A stretch of DNA of 62,384 nucleotides, counting the filler, from Sphacelaria rigidula (lineage: Eukaryota), in the NCBI GenBank assembly GCA_964200075.2. It is 9 parts of 9 records of this genome, joined end to end, with 100 filler letters (N's around TTAATTAATTAA, not from the genome) between each part and the next. Parts side by side here need not be neighbours in the genome. Positions count along the whole stretch, not along the records: positions 48,601 to 55,442 come from CAXNAA020017812.1; positions 55,543 to 62,384 come from CAXNAA020017813.1; 7 more parts are not named here. The stretch is one strand, 5' to 3'. The first letter of the stretch is position 1, and each line of letters begins with the position of its first letter. The position numbers and the translations under genes are program-made. Of the stretch, positions 50,414 to 62,384 are shown piece after piece. The notes under the pieces are model-generated. The model was not told the DNA's origin and ran no database searches. It saw only the letters and a list, made by a program, of their open reading frames with translations.

Positions 50414-52459
50414 GTGAGCTGATCGTGGTCGTCTGCGCTGTTGCCATGTTGGTAACCCTGAACCAGGCAGGACTTTACTGTGCAAGTCGATTTTAGCTCG
50501 GTCGGCGGACACCGTGCTGCGTCAAAATGAAGATACTGTAGTGAGCAAAGTGTGGCCACCTGCGCAAGTGCTGTTTACGCTTTACGCTTGAATGAGGCAA
50601 AACTACGGGAAAATTTCTGCTGGGTGCACTGTACTATATGGCGCTGAGCTGCGCGAGCCCCACCACGTGAATCTACTGTGGCGAGGTGATCGCGGTCACC
50701 TGCTCTGGTGTATCGATCCCTGGCCAGGCAAAACTGCCGTGTACGGGCTACTTTGTGCTAGGTGCGCTCTTGCGCGAGCCTCAATACGTGCACCCACTAT
50801 AGTGAGCTCATTGTGGTCACCTGTGCTAGTGCCATCTATGCCTGAGCGCGGCAAAAACGTGTGGTGCGGGCCAATTTATGCTCGATTAGCCGTACTGAAC
50901 GGTGTGGTGCTGGGTGAGCCGCACGACGTGGATCTGCTGTAGTGCCAGTTATATCTGAACGAGGTGAAACTACAAACTGAGACTACTGTGGGACCCGATG
51001 GTGCTGGGCGTAGTGGAGCTTACTGCGCCATCCAACTCGAGCTGTACTACGTGGACCGATTGTGATGGCCTGAGAGGGACCCTGTGAACTAAGGCTCCAC
51101 TACATTACGATACGATAGAACGGTGATATACCGGTCGTGCCCACGTGCGATAGTGCCATGTGCTGCTGGACGACGCCACCGTGAATGTGCGAGATGATTC
51201 CCAAAGTCGTGTCAGGCAGGGTATACCCGATACCGGGGTATTTAAAAAATGTCATACTCAGTTCTAAAAAATTTGGGTAGAGCGTTGAGATTATAGTCAA
51301 ACGGCCCGAAGAGTCATCTCCAGGGGCGGGTGCGGAGGAACTTGCACACTAAAATCAGCATTACATCTGGTGGACGCCTCGTTACAAACTATGCTTCACG
51401 TTCGTGAGTTCGAAATATTCTCTAGATATATACCATATATAGAAATATGTATAGGAGCAGAAGCAAACATACACCCCGCGAAGCTCACCAAAATTTTCGG
51501 ATTTTGTCAACGTTCATTGATCAATTTCTTGCAACAAAGTTAACAGAAAATATCCAAAAAATCTGGATAATTTTTGTTATCGAAAAAATGCCCTCCAGCA
51601 TCCGAGGTCATTGGGACAGAACGGGCAAAAAGCAGAAGCAGATACACAAACCCCACAAACCCCACAATATCAGGGTATTCACCATTATATACTTTGCCAG
51701 ACATGTCCGGTCGTAACTTACATTCGTATAAAAGCTTTGAAAACCCCGTATTCGTGTGTCTCCTGATTCTACACAACACAACTTCAATCATCTCTGTTCA
51801 AGTGTTTTTTTGTCCCCACAAGTATAGTTTCGAGACACTGCACACTACCGGAATACCCACTGAACAGACAGTACAATATATATATATATATATATATGTA
51901 TGCGTGGCACCTGTTTGAACACAGCGCAATATATTGTCTGTTGACATCAAGGGCACCTCTAGTTGTACCCTCTCTTTATTTCGCCAATAAACGTGTTAGA
52001 AACCACACGCTACCGCGACTAATACTGTAGACAGTGCGTTCAAGTATGCTGTAGTACAGGACAGGACAAAAGTAGTATACTTACTACATTGTAGTAGTTC
52101 CGGTAGCGTGGTCCGCATTGTCGCTCATTTCCCCTTCACCTGTCAACTCATATTTACGCAACTAGGCCGTGGGCGCTCTATGCTGAAAACCGGGTTTCGG
52201 TCGCAATATGGAGTCAGCATGTCCGGGGCGATGGAACCACACGTTTTTTTGCTGGTGGTCATCCTTCGCCCTCACAGTCAAGGAAGCAGGTTAAGTGACG
52301 TCACGAAGAGTATTGAGATCATAACTAAGAGGTACTTTATACCCGGAATAGCTGAGTATACTTATCCAAATTTTGGGTGAAGTGTACACGACCGTACCCG
52401 ATCTACCACGGTTCAGACATATCAGAATTCATACGGATTGACTCCCCATGAATGTTGAA

Positions 52460-54015
52460 TGTGAATCATGTACCAAGGAGTCATGCCGTATGAGTCACGT
52501 GTAACATTTTATGTTCGTCTACCGCACGAATCACGAGCCCAAAACATGTACGAATGACAATTCCTGTACGAATCACACGTACTAAAGAGTAATCTAGTAT
52601 GAATCACGAACTGGGAACATGTACACTCCAAGTAGGGTCACAAGAATCATGAGTGCAAAACATGTATGAATGACAATTCTGGTACAAATCACTGGTGGAA
52701 ACATGTACATTTCAATAATATTGCATGAATCCCAGATGGAGGACATATACACTTCATTCATCTCGGACGATAGGAAGGTAGGGAACACGAACGCATAATT
52801 CAGGCTGCACAAAAGGAAATCGGAAAAAATGCACGCTTGATTCACCCTGTATGAACGGAAGGTGAGGAACATGTACCCATGATTCTTGCTAAAGGTGCGC
52901 TTGTTTGACTTCGTATGAAAGGAAGGTGGAGGACATAACTCATGATTCACGCTGCACGAGTGCGAAATGGACATGACGTGGATATGCTTCATGCTGCATG
53001 AGCGGAAGGGGAGAAATGTACCTATTATCCATGCCGTACGAATAGCGGGTTTCGAACAACTTTTGTCCATTCGTTGTACAGATTGTACAGTACTATGCTG
53101 TGCTGTACTGTACTGCCCGCTGAAAGCAGTGGGTGCTGCCGGGACGACTCGTGCCGGCGCTTTCTGCTTCGTAGGTGTTCGTGGCATTGTGTACAGTATA
53201 TTTAGGTCATGCGTACCTCAGAACACAACATGAAACCACGAAGGCTGACAATAGCATAGCTCGGAAAATAAGTAGCTAGGAGAAGCGCTGTGGGCACGCA
53301 GATGTGTGTGTTGTACCATTTGATGTGTGTCGCGTGCGAGTACATTTGTTGGGATCTTGGTATATCGTGGATTTGCGTCAGTAAAGGGGTTTGCGACGTG
53401 CACGCTCTTATTTACCTACACCACCTGCAACAAAGTTGCGCCAACGGGCAGTTGCGCCCCATGAAATAACAAGTGTCAAAATCCGCCTAGCTCCTTTTTG
53501 GGCGTAAAACGACCAAGGAGGATAAAAACAGCTTTTTTTCAGGGGGGTTTTGTTTGCCAGAAGGAGCAGCCTCACGATTCACATTATTTGAAAAGGTGGA
53601 GAACATGTCCGTATGATTCATGCTGCATGAATGAAAAGTGGGAAACATGTACATTTGATCCATCTCGTACGAATGGAAGGTGGGGAACATGTAAATGTGT
53701 TGCATGCTGCATGAATGGGAATTGGGAAACACGTACGCTTGATTCACCTTGTATGAAGGGAAGGTGGGGAACATGTACCCACGAGTTATGCTGCGTAAAA
53801 TGAACGGGAGAAACATGCACCTCTGGTTCATAGCGTATGAGTGGAAGGTGGGGAATGTGTGCCCATGGTTCATGCTGGATGAAGGGCGATTTGGAGACAA
53901 GTACATTTGATTCATATCATATGAATGAAAGGAAGGAAAGGTATACCTTAGCCCGTGTACCGTACGAATCACGAACCCAAAACATATGAAATCACAACCC
54001 GTGTACGAATCGTAT
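52460..54015. repeat. Degenerate 42-bp minisatellite in two blocks (about 52690-53045 and 53590-53950) with GTACGAATCAC-type flanking repeats
   Basis: AACATGT at 53602, 53644, 53686 and onward. Unit about GGAAGGTGGGGAACATGTACxxxTGATTCATxxxGxATGAAT. Confidence 0.88.
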
Positions 54016-54290
54016 GATTTTGTACAAATGTTGAATATGATTCTAATCGCGATTTTATCCGTCCGAACCGTGCAACTTACTCAAACCTTGGGTAGAGTAG
54101 ATACGCGAGCATTTTATCCTGGTGCTCTAGAGTCTATACCCTTCCCAACCTGTTGCCCGAATAGTCGCATATGACATGGGCACGGAGAGGGCAAGCAGTA
54201 CTCTTTTTTCCTTCCTCCTTCATTTCTTCTTTATTATAGTATATTTTCATTCGTTTTATTTTGTTTGTATCGCGTCTGTGTAAATTATTT

Positions 54291-54691
54291 CAAGAGCAGG
54301 CCGAGTATGGCCTCAAGCCCTCTACTCAAATTCTGAGTAGTTCGAGTAGAGCCTCAAATACTCTATCCAAATTTTGAGTAGTTCAAGTACGGCCTCAAAT
54401 ACTCAACTCAAATTTTGATTAGATCGAGTACGACCTCAAATACTCTATTCAAATATTGAGTAAGCACTCTCAGTAATACTTGAGCATAGAGTATCACTTG
54501 AGTATGACCTCAGTTCTCAAATTTCGGGTAGATCGAGTACGGCTCATATACTCTACTCAAGAAATTGAAAAGATTGAGTACGGTCTCACATACTCTACTC
54601 AAATTTTGAGTAGATCGAGTACGACCTCAAATACTTCATTCCAATATCGAGGAAGCACTCTCAGTGATACTTGAGTAAAGAGTACCACTTG
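54291..54691. repeat. 41-bp tandem array within a CAAG...CTTG-bounded element; solo unit at about 55243-55289
   Basis: Unit CGAGTACGGCCTCAAATACTCTACTCAAATTTTGAGTAGAT starting at 54302, 54343, 54384 and 54425, with a CTCAAA/TTTGAG palindrome. Confidence 0.85.
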
Positions 54692-55285
54692 GGTGTGGTG
54701 AGTATTCGTGACCGTCGGCGACTTCCTGACGTCACTTCACAGACCATCTTGAATACATGGGCGAACGATGGCCATCAATTAGATGAGTGGTGTTACGTTA
54801 CAGGCTACAAGGGCTGTGGGGGAATTATGGCCATGAAAAAATGAAAAAAGCGTGCAGGTGAACGAACCTACCTCCCCCACCACCCCATCTTACCAGCCCC
54901 CACCCACGGCAGTACATGCTCGATACCTCGCGACGCCTTCTATATCACTTTCAGTACAGAACGCTACTCATCATCATTGAGAAATCAAGTAGACGGGTAG
55001 TGCAGTAGGTATTATCAAAATGGGAGACTCTACTGGCCACACATGTGACTCCTCCGTGGGAGAGTGAGCGGTGGAAACAGTGCAAAACGCGGAAACATCG
55101 GAACAGTCGCCAGAGGAAGCAACAGGAGAAGGCGCGACGGGGTCAGGAGTGATACACTTGATCCCAGAAGAGGCTCCGGCGGTCCGCGTTGTAGAGAAGG
55201 CCCACGTGTACACAAACAACCAACGGAGATGTATACACGGTGTCGAGTACAGCCTCAAATACTTGACTCAAAGTTTGAGTAGGTC

Positions 55286-55326
<41 letters not shown>

Positions 55327-56108
55327 GTCGTTTTATGTATTATTCTGGACGCCGGTGTACACCTTTCGGTATATAATAGTAGTCAGTGTCAGAAGTTTTC
55401 AGAATTCGTAGTCGTCCTTTTTTCTGAGTTTTTCTGGAGTACNNNNNNNNNNNNNNNNNNNNNNNNNNNNNNNNNNNNNNNNNNNNTTAATTAATTAANN
55501 NNNNNNNNNNNNNNNNNNNNNNNNNNNNNNNNNNNNNNNNNNCGATTCATTCACTGATTGACCGCTTTTCACTCTCAATCGTATCATCTACTCTCAATCT
55601 CACTAAAACACTGTTTTTCGCACATCCCCTGGGGAAACGGAAGGCTAGAAACCCCCTGAAATAGTTTTAGGGAGGTCGGGAGGGATGGGGGTGGTCGATA
55701 TCGAAGTAATTCGTCATGAATTTAGGTCAGTGAAAGCGCGGCTTTTGATTTAAACCTCATTTTTTTTTTCAACCCCTTTCTCGAGAATCCACTGTTCATT
55801 CATTACAGTATTATTATACGTATATATTCCCCTTACTTTTTTCGCTTTTTGTTGTTGTGTGTGTTTGTTTGTTCTCACCCATTTATTTGTTTGTTTGTTC
55901 CATCTTCTTGTTGTCCCTCACATTCCTTCAGCGAGCGTTTATTTCCGTGTTGTTTCCATTGGGTACGCCTCTCTTGTGACCATAGCTGTATCCCTCGTGG
56001 ATCAGTTAATAAAGCGCGATGATTAATAATATCTCAGTCAATCAATCTCTCACATTTCGACATCATTCATCGCGGATTGGATCACTCTCGCACCGCTTTG
56101 AGTGTTGA

Positions 56109-56856
56109 CAGTGGATTCTCGAAAATGGGATTAAAAAAAATGAGGTTCAACTCAAAAGCCGTGTTTTCCCCGACCTAAAATCACACACGCGGCCATTTGG
56201 CTACTACACCCCAAAATGCCTCCGATTGGATGCACGGCCCTCCAGGGGGAAAACAAGCCTCCGGAGGCCTTCCATCCCTCTAGAGGAGACCAAAATCTGC
56301 CGACCCGGAGGGCCGCGCATCCCTCCAGACGAATTTGGGGGTATGCGCGGCCCTCCGGAGGCAAGAATAAGCTTCCGGAGGCGTTCAACCCCTCTTCTTC
56401 TGGAGGGAACCAAAACATCTCCTGTGGAGGGCCGCGCACCCCTCCTGAGGCGTTTCATTCATCTGGAGGCTCGAAAAAAGTGTACCCACCTGGAGGAAGT
56501 TTGGAGGTTGCCAAATGGCCGCGTGTGCATGATAAATGACTTTCATATGGACCACCCCATCCCCCCCGACCTCCCTAAAACTATTTCGAGGGAATTATAG
56601 CCTCCATTCCCCCCAATCACATTTTTGCCTCGATTTCGGGATGAAAAAAGGACGTTTTTTGTTCCCAAAATCGTGCTTTCGCACATACCCTTCGGGGGAA
56701 CGGACGGCTAGAAATCCCTCGAAATATATTTAGGGAGGTCGGGAGGGATGGGGTGGTCGATATGAAAGCCATTTGTCATGAATTTACGTCAGGGAAAGCA
56801 CGGCTTTAGAGTTGAACCTCGTATGTTTTTTCAACCCCATTTTCGAGAATCCACTG
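56109..56856. mobile_element. hAT-like non-autonomous element with about 70-bp TIRs; right-end fragment of a second copy at about 55610-55794
   Basis: CAGTGGATTCTCGAAAATGGG ... CCCATTTTCGAGAATCCACTG, flanked by AGTGTTGA / TTTGTTGA (6/8 match). Internal CCTCC(G/A)GAGG repeats. Confidence 0.82.
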
Positions 56857-56864
56857 TTTGTTGA

Positions 56865-57186
56865 TCAAATTTTCTCGACGTATAAACGACGATCAGATAA
56901 TGTTCTGTATGCGCTCGAAGGTAGGTACCTCTGCTCCTTGCATCCTACCGTTTCGACGTTATATTTCACCTGCCTTCTTCGATACCTGCCTTTTTATTTT
57001 CATCGCGAGAGGAGTTCAGCAATCCCTCTCCCTCGTCGACCGCGAAGTCGAATGTTGTGTAGCCACGACATGGTCGCTCTCCACTGTTGAGCATGGTATA
57101 AGAAGAGATCCAAGATCGCTCTGGGATTTGAACCCATGACCCAACGGTCAGAGGGTGTTGAAGTTACCAACTGAGCCACCGGGGCG
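56865..57186 (-). mobile_element. tRNA-derived SINE (family B)
   Basis: Minus strand reads CGCCCCGGTGGCTCAGTTGG (A box) ... GGGTTCAAATCCC (B box). The acceptor stem does not close, and the head is followed by an unrelated body. Confidence 0.7.
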
Positions 57187-58335
57187 AGTGAATGATGGTG
57201 TTCCTAGTGATGATCGTGGTACCAGTAGTGATCGTGAGAGCGCATTATTAGTATATAGTGGTGGCCGTGATGGTGGTATTACAATATAGCGTAGCAATAG
57301 TAATAGTAATAGCAATAATAGTAATAGTAATATAGTAGTAATAGTAGCAGGAGGAGCAGCAGGTGGAGCAGCAAGATATCTGTCAACTGCCTCATTGGTT
57401 ATCTGTCTGCTGCCTTACTTGTCTGCTGACCACCGAAATGCATTCGAGAAAGCCACGGCGGGAAACGGACACCAACCATCGCGGGGGACATACTCGTACA
57501 AGAATCGACCGTGCTCTCAGCGTACTATTTAATATTAGCATTAGACGCCGTCCATGACAGGATATGGGTTGAGTATGAGAGTAATGGAACTAAACAGTGT
57601 CCAGATCAAAAGATCAAAGCCTCATGAGGAAGGGGTGGGCGAAGCCACGATAGTGTTCGTCACATTTTCTGTCGGGCACTTCATCGTACTTTGTTCGGCG
57701 AGGTTGCTGTTCACTTCACTACGTTGTTGATATCTACAATCCAAACAGATAGCCAGGATTACAGCGACTACTATACTGTCTGTAGTATTGTTGTACTCTT
57801 GATAAATTCTCCCTTGTTTAAACAGTTCCACGTCCAAAGCAGAATCGTTTTCAGGTGTGACCGCATCCATACTCGGCTCCTCTCACACGTGCAGCATATC
57901 AATGCCAATGCTGGCCGCTACACGTTCGCTGACCACTGGAATCCCCCGCGAGCTCGCAGCTTGCGCCCGCTCTGACCACACCAGCACGTCATTTGGCCTG
58001 AAAGTAGATTGAATCTTTACAAAAAGATCCATGTTCAGGTATGAAACGACTAACATCTGCTGAAACAGTATTGTTTTCGACCAATTACCGCTCCGCTTGG
58101 GACCGAAACAAATTTGCCTCTTTGGTCTCTTCACCGGGTTTCCATGACTCCCAGATTTGCATCATTTTTGTCTGTCTCGCACTCTCGACCCATCATCATC
58201 TCTCAATTGCCTCACTAGCCGCACTTCTGAGCAGACACACAACTATTCGGTAAGATTACTGCCTTCGTCTCAGCTGGCAAGATTTGCAGAGAGGACCACC
58301 CCACGCACGCACACAGTTGTTGTTTTCTTGTAAGC

Positions 58336-58525
58336 ATGGCGCGTCCTGCGAGAGCTGACGGAGGAGGAGTAGAGGCTGAAGCTGAGGGCGTCTCAGATGG
58401 AACAGGGAAACGTGCGAACCCAGGTCGGCAGCACAAGGGCAAGAGAGGGGCGCCGCAGACGTTTGCCTGGAAGCTGTTTTCAATTTTGGGCGCTGGAACC
58501 GACATTGTAGGATGGAGCGAATCCG
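58336..58525 (+). CDS. Exon encoding the start of an HSF-type (heat-shock factor) DNA-binding domain
   Basis: PQTFAWKLFSILGAGTDIVGWSES(G) matches the HSF pattern PxFxxKLxxxlxxxxxxxIxWsxxG. Donor G|GTGGGT. A candidate later exon at about 59575-59622 (AGHPDLIDKCPR) resembles the GRPDLLxxIxR end of the domain. Confidence 0.75.
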
Positions 58526-61500
58526 GTGGGTGCTCAGAAGACGCTGTCTATCATACGCCTGAACCATCTTTACCGAAGGAGCCACGGGGGGCGCAGCTCG
58601 TTAGCTGTGTCCCCAGTTTCTGCTTCGTTTTTCAGTTTTATTCACCTGTGTGGTTTTTGTTCACATCGGTTTTTTCGGCACAAATGCGTGGTAGTCTAAA
58701 CACAGAGTCCAGAGAACCTCCGCACTAGAAGTATGCAGTCACTGTCGTGGGGCGCTCCAGATGTGAGGCAACTATGATCGATTTACGAAACCAGGCTGTT
58801 TTTATTGTGCCGAGCAAGAAAGGGCGAGGCGTTATGGTAAAAGAGGGAGCGGGCGTAATCGTGCGTTGCGCGTGTGTGGCTTTTCGCATCATCCGTTGCC
58901 TCGCGTATACGCTGTTGCTCTCGTTTGCGCACTCGGATCGGGTCGCGAATAGTCGGTGTCCGCCTAGGGTTGAAAAGGCGGCCCTTTTTTTTGTCATACA
59001 TGGTGAAATTTTTTTGTGTCTATTTTGTTTATTCGACATATTTCACTATACCCTACCGACCCTCCTGCATTATCACAGTTCGTAACGACAGCCCACTATC
59101 CGCCCCTCGCCTCCATTGTACAGACAGTACATTTAAATAGATTCATGCCCACAGGCACTGCAGTCAGTTACAAGTGCATCCTCCACCTCCTCTCACGTGG
59201 GTCAAACCCACGTGATTTGCCGTCCTCGAATCATGGTGTCTTGCGTGGGAACCAGCATTGTACTAGCTCGCATATACTGTATATGCGCCGCATTTGCAAC
59301 TCCTTCATGGCCGGGGGCCACACATGCGTAGTAAGCCAGGCACGAATTTTCGCAACAGGGAGTACTGAGCAATAGTCCAGTACAACATGTCATGTACACG
59401 AACATATTGTAAAGTTTATGTTTCGTGTTTCATTTGGTTGTATCTTGTGTCCTGTATGTACTACAAAAGTACCACGTACGGGCTATTCAACGTACAAGGT
59501 TTGTGACTGGCCGATATTTGTCACACATCTGCCTTCAATTTTTAAACACAGTGCACCCCCCTGTCCTGTTCAAGCTGGGCACCCCGACTTAATCGATAAA
59601 TGCCCCAGGGCCCCGAAGATACCGGTGGCTTGACCCTCGCGTCCGTCCTAACGTAGCAGTCGTATCCCGTACATGTGACCGAAACGCCAGCCGAATATGT
59701 GTATGTATATATGTATATATTTTCGATTTTTTTGCGGAGTATATATACCGACTTGAAGCTTAGGGGCGCCACCAACGATCAAGTTTCAGAAACGTCGATA
59801 ATGTTGGGGCAGGACCAGCCTAATGTACCAACATGTTATATACCGCCCAATATTCAGTCGTCCTTCGCCTCGAAGCTGTTAATCTGGGGCGCTTCAAGGA
59901 CAACCCCAGGTCAGCTTGTGAGGGATAGGCGTGCGTATTTATCTAGGTCGGCAGCAATGCCCAGTGCTTGCAAAAGGCATACATTACAGACGGTACTGTG
60001 ACTTGTATATGAGAATTCACGGGTCTCCCTCTACCCTCCTCTCGGTAAATGCCTACAGCAGCACTCCATCATTCATGATACATGGGTAGTTGGGGGTTCG
60101 TGCAGCACACCTTTTCTACACGAGCCTGGTGACAAAACTTTGAAAACAAGTAATCCACACTCTCCCCCTCGGTGTACTGTGAGCATGAGCTGCCGATGAT
60201 ACTACCGCACCGGACTGTGTAGGACTCGAGTACGCTGCCCCTGCCAAAGAACACCAAACGCCGGGGCGGTTCTCGAATAATATTTCCCTTCCAAAATCTT
60301 CCAACGACATCTTCACATGATCAGCCTTAACTCAACCGGTATACGAAGTATTACCTCAGCAGTTAATCTACAGTGACAAAATGCACCAATATCCCTTGCG
60401 TTTGGCATGCTATACACCACTGTCTACATTCCTGGACAGCTTTTGCTCCTGCGTCACGTGCAGTGCAGACAGTTAAACCTCACTTAGGACTGAACATGGA
60501 TCAAGTGCTCACTGTTGTCTTATCCGGTGCTGTTGTCTGTTGTCCGCGATGTAAAACGAGACAAACTCAGGTGGGACAACTTTCATCATTTTACTGTTCA
60601 GTTTTTTTTAACGTCTTCTCGTACATTCACACATCCACCACACCCCTGCGGGATATATACAATTACGGTATGCACATAGCAGTTTTCTCACATGGAAAAG
60701 TATAAACAGATTTAAACAATTCCACATCCGTGGTCGACTTCGTACTCGCATTGTGCATACAGCATGTACCCCCAAATGCCCGCGCGCCCGCACCATAACG
60801 TTGCCCCTCACCCTACGCGTACGGTCAACCTTGTGGAGCTATAAAAAACAGTAAAGCGCAAGCCAAGCGTCCAAAATCAGCTTATCGGTTAATCGTGTTC
60901 ACCGCGATACCACCCGACGGGATGATCAATCAACATGCTGCTACTCGTACTGGATGCTTTTAGACATGTCTCGGCTCGTCGCTGTTCTCCCGCCCGGTAA
61001 GACACGCCCTTAGGCCCAAATCAACTTGCACCCCGGTGTGAGTAGTCCATCTGGATCATATATACTTTTTTCGGGTGAAATCGATGCCTACGCACCTCAC
61101 GATCAAATTGGTCAGCGAGGATAGGCCATCTGTTGAATCGGCATCAATTTTACTTGGAACTATACATGATCCTCCTCCCGGTCTGAGGGTCAATCCTTAG
61201 ACGGCGATCAGAGGTTATCTTTTGAATCGGCTTCAAAATCACTTGGAAAAAGTACCTATCATCCAGTTCTATACTACCCTGGCCGCCAAGGGGTTGACCC
61301 TTTGACAGGGTTGGTAATCCGTCTGACGAGGCAGTAGTTTTTCAAATGAAGTTGATCCTGATCCTACAGATGACCTAGGCTCGCGGTCCAAGGTTTAGGC
61401 AGTGTCTCGCCGAGACCAAAGACAAGCGGCAGGAGGAGTAAGCACCTAAAATGAGCATTTTGATAAGTCCCCGCAACGGTAGACCCGCCCGGCGATCAAT

Positions 61501-62152
61501 CAGCTTGCTGCTTTCGGATGCTTGTTCCGTTTCCCTCCCTCTTTGGTCACGATATAAGATCGCACAGCCGTTGTGGGGAAACATTAGAGCGAGATTCGTG
61601 ATCTTGTGTGCATAAGATCAAGATTTTGTGTTCTCGAGGAACTGCTCTGCATCACGATGGGTTTTCTTTTCTTTTTTTCCTGTGGTCTTCCTGACCCTTC
61701 TCCATCCTGCCACGGTAACTAGAATGACTGTAAGTTTGTCCTGTACCATGTGTACTGTAATGGGTTCCTTCGGCGGATGTGTCCCGCAGCTGTATGTACG
61801 ATGCTGCAGTTTGTCCGGCTCTCATCTTGTTGCAGCGGCTTGATTCTTGGTTCACGGTTTTAGTTTTGATATTGCATGATATAACGCGATGGCAGTTTCT
61901 GCTTCTGCGCTAAGACGGTAACGGAAAATGTAAGTCGGGAATGGCACGAGACGATGCGATGCGCGACGATCTTCATCACTGGCTTTTCACTGCATCTACA
62001 GTTTGGCTTTCCTCAGTTGTTTGGACGTTCTGACAACAGTACAATGCAACTAATATCTAACATCAGCTTTTACAGCGTTTTACCCACATGAGCGGTGGTC
62101 GGTATGATTTACTGTAAACCGTTATATTTGGATGGTGCAGGGGGTGACTTAA

Positions 62153-62250
62153 CCCTTAGACCGCGAGATCAGTCTTTCTGGATCATACATACTTTTTTTC
62201 ACTTGAAATTGATGCCGATTCAACACAAGACTAACCTCGCGGTCTAAGGG
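62153..62250. mobile_element. 98-bp TTAA-flanked mini-MITE; degraded relatives at about 61050-61400
   Basis: TTAA|CCCTTAGACCGCGAG ... CTCGCGGTCTAAGGG|TTAA (perfect 15-bp TIR), internal GATGCCGATTC. Confidence 0.85.
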
Positions 62251-62384
62251 TTAAATCGTCATCAGTTACTTGGACGGTCAAGGGGTCACAAAGAGACCCC
62301 GTTTCACCGTATTCTAAAAGCAAGTGAATAAGTGCACCTGTCTCAGAGCCTCTGGGAACGATTCTGACAGTCCTGTGTGCCGTG

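Noticed and set aside
55040-55240. Acidic exon-like stretch ETVQNAETSEQSPEEATGEG
   Set aside because: An in-frame stop lies just upstream, and there is no clear acceptor/donor pair.

Overview
This is eukaryotic, intron-rich and repeat-rich genomic DNA, about 50% GC by eye. It is most likely a brown alga (Phaeophyceae, Ectocarpus-like); this is an inference from short exons in kb-size GT-AG introns, an EsV-1-7-like Cys/His motif and the repeat style. The window is not one locus. Nine unlinked contigs of 6842-6843 bp are joined by artificial 100-nt N-TTAATTAATTAA-N spacers, so no synteny should be read across them. Recognisable coding content: the last two exons of a serine O-acetyltransferase ending in -SKL (a peroxisomal PTS1-type signal); a TPR exon; an HSF-type DNA-binding exon; a head-to-head gene pair (one possibly XMAP215/CKAP5-like); a four-exon gene of unknown function; a decayed Ty3/Gypsy element with its RT core deleted; and an intron-containing DD35D pogo transposase pseudogene spliced to an N-terminal EsV-1-7-like motif. 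The rest is tRNA-derived SINEs, several MITE families (TA, TTAA and 8-bp TSD types), 41-42-bp tandem arrays and foldbacks. No rRNA, intact tRNA or CRISPR array is supported. All family assignments come from motif recognition by eye, not database searches.
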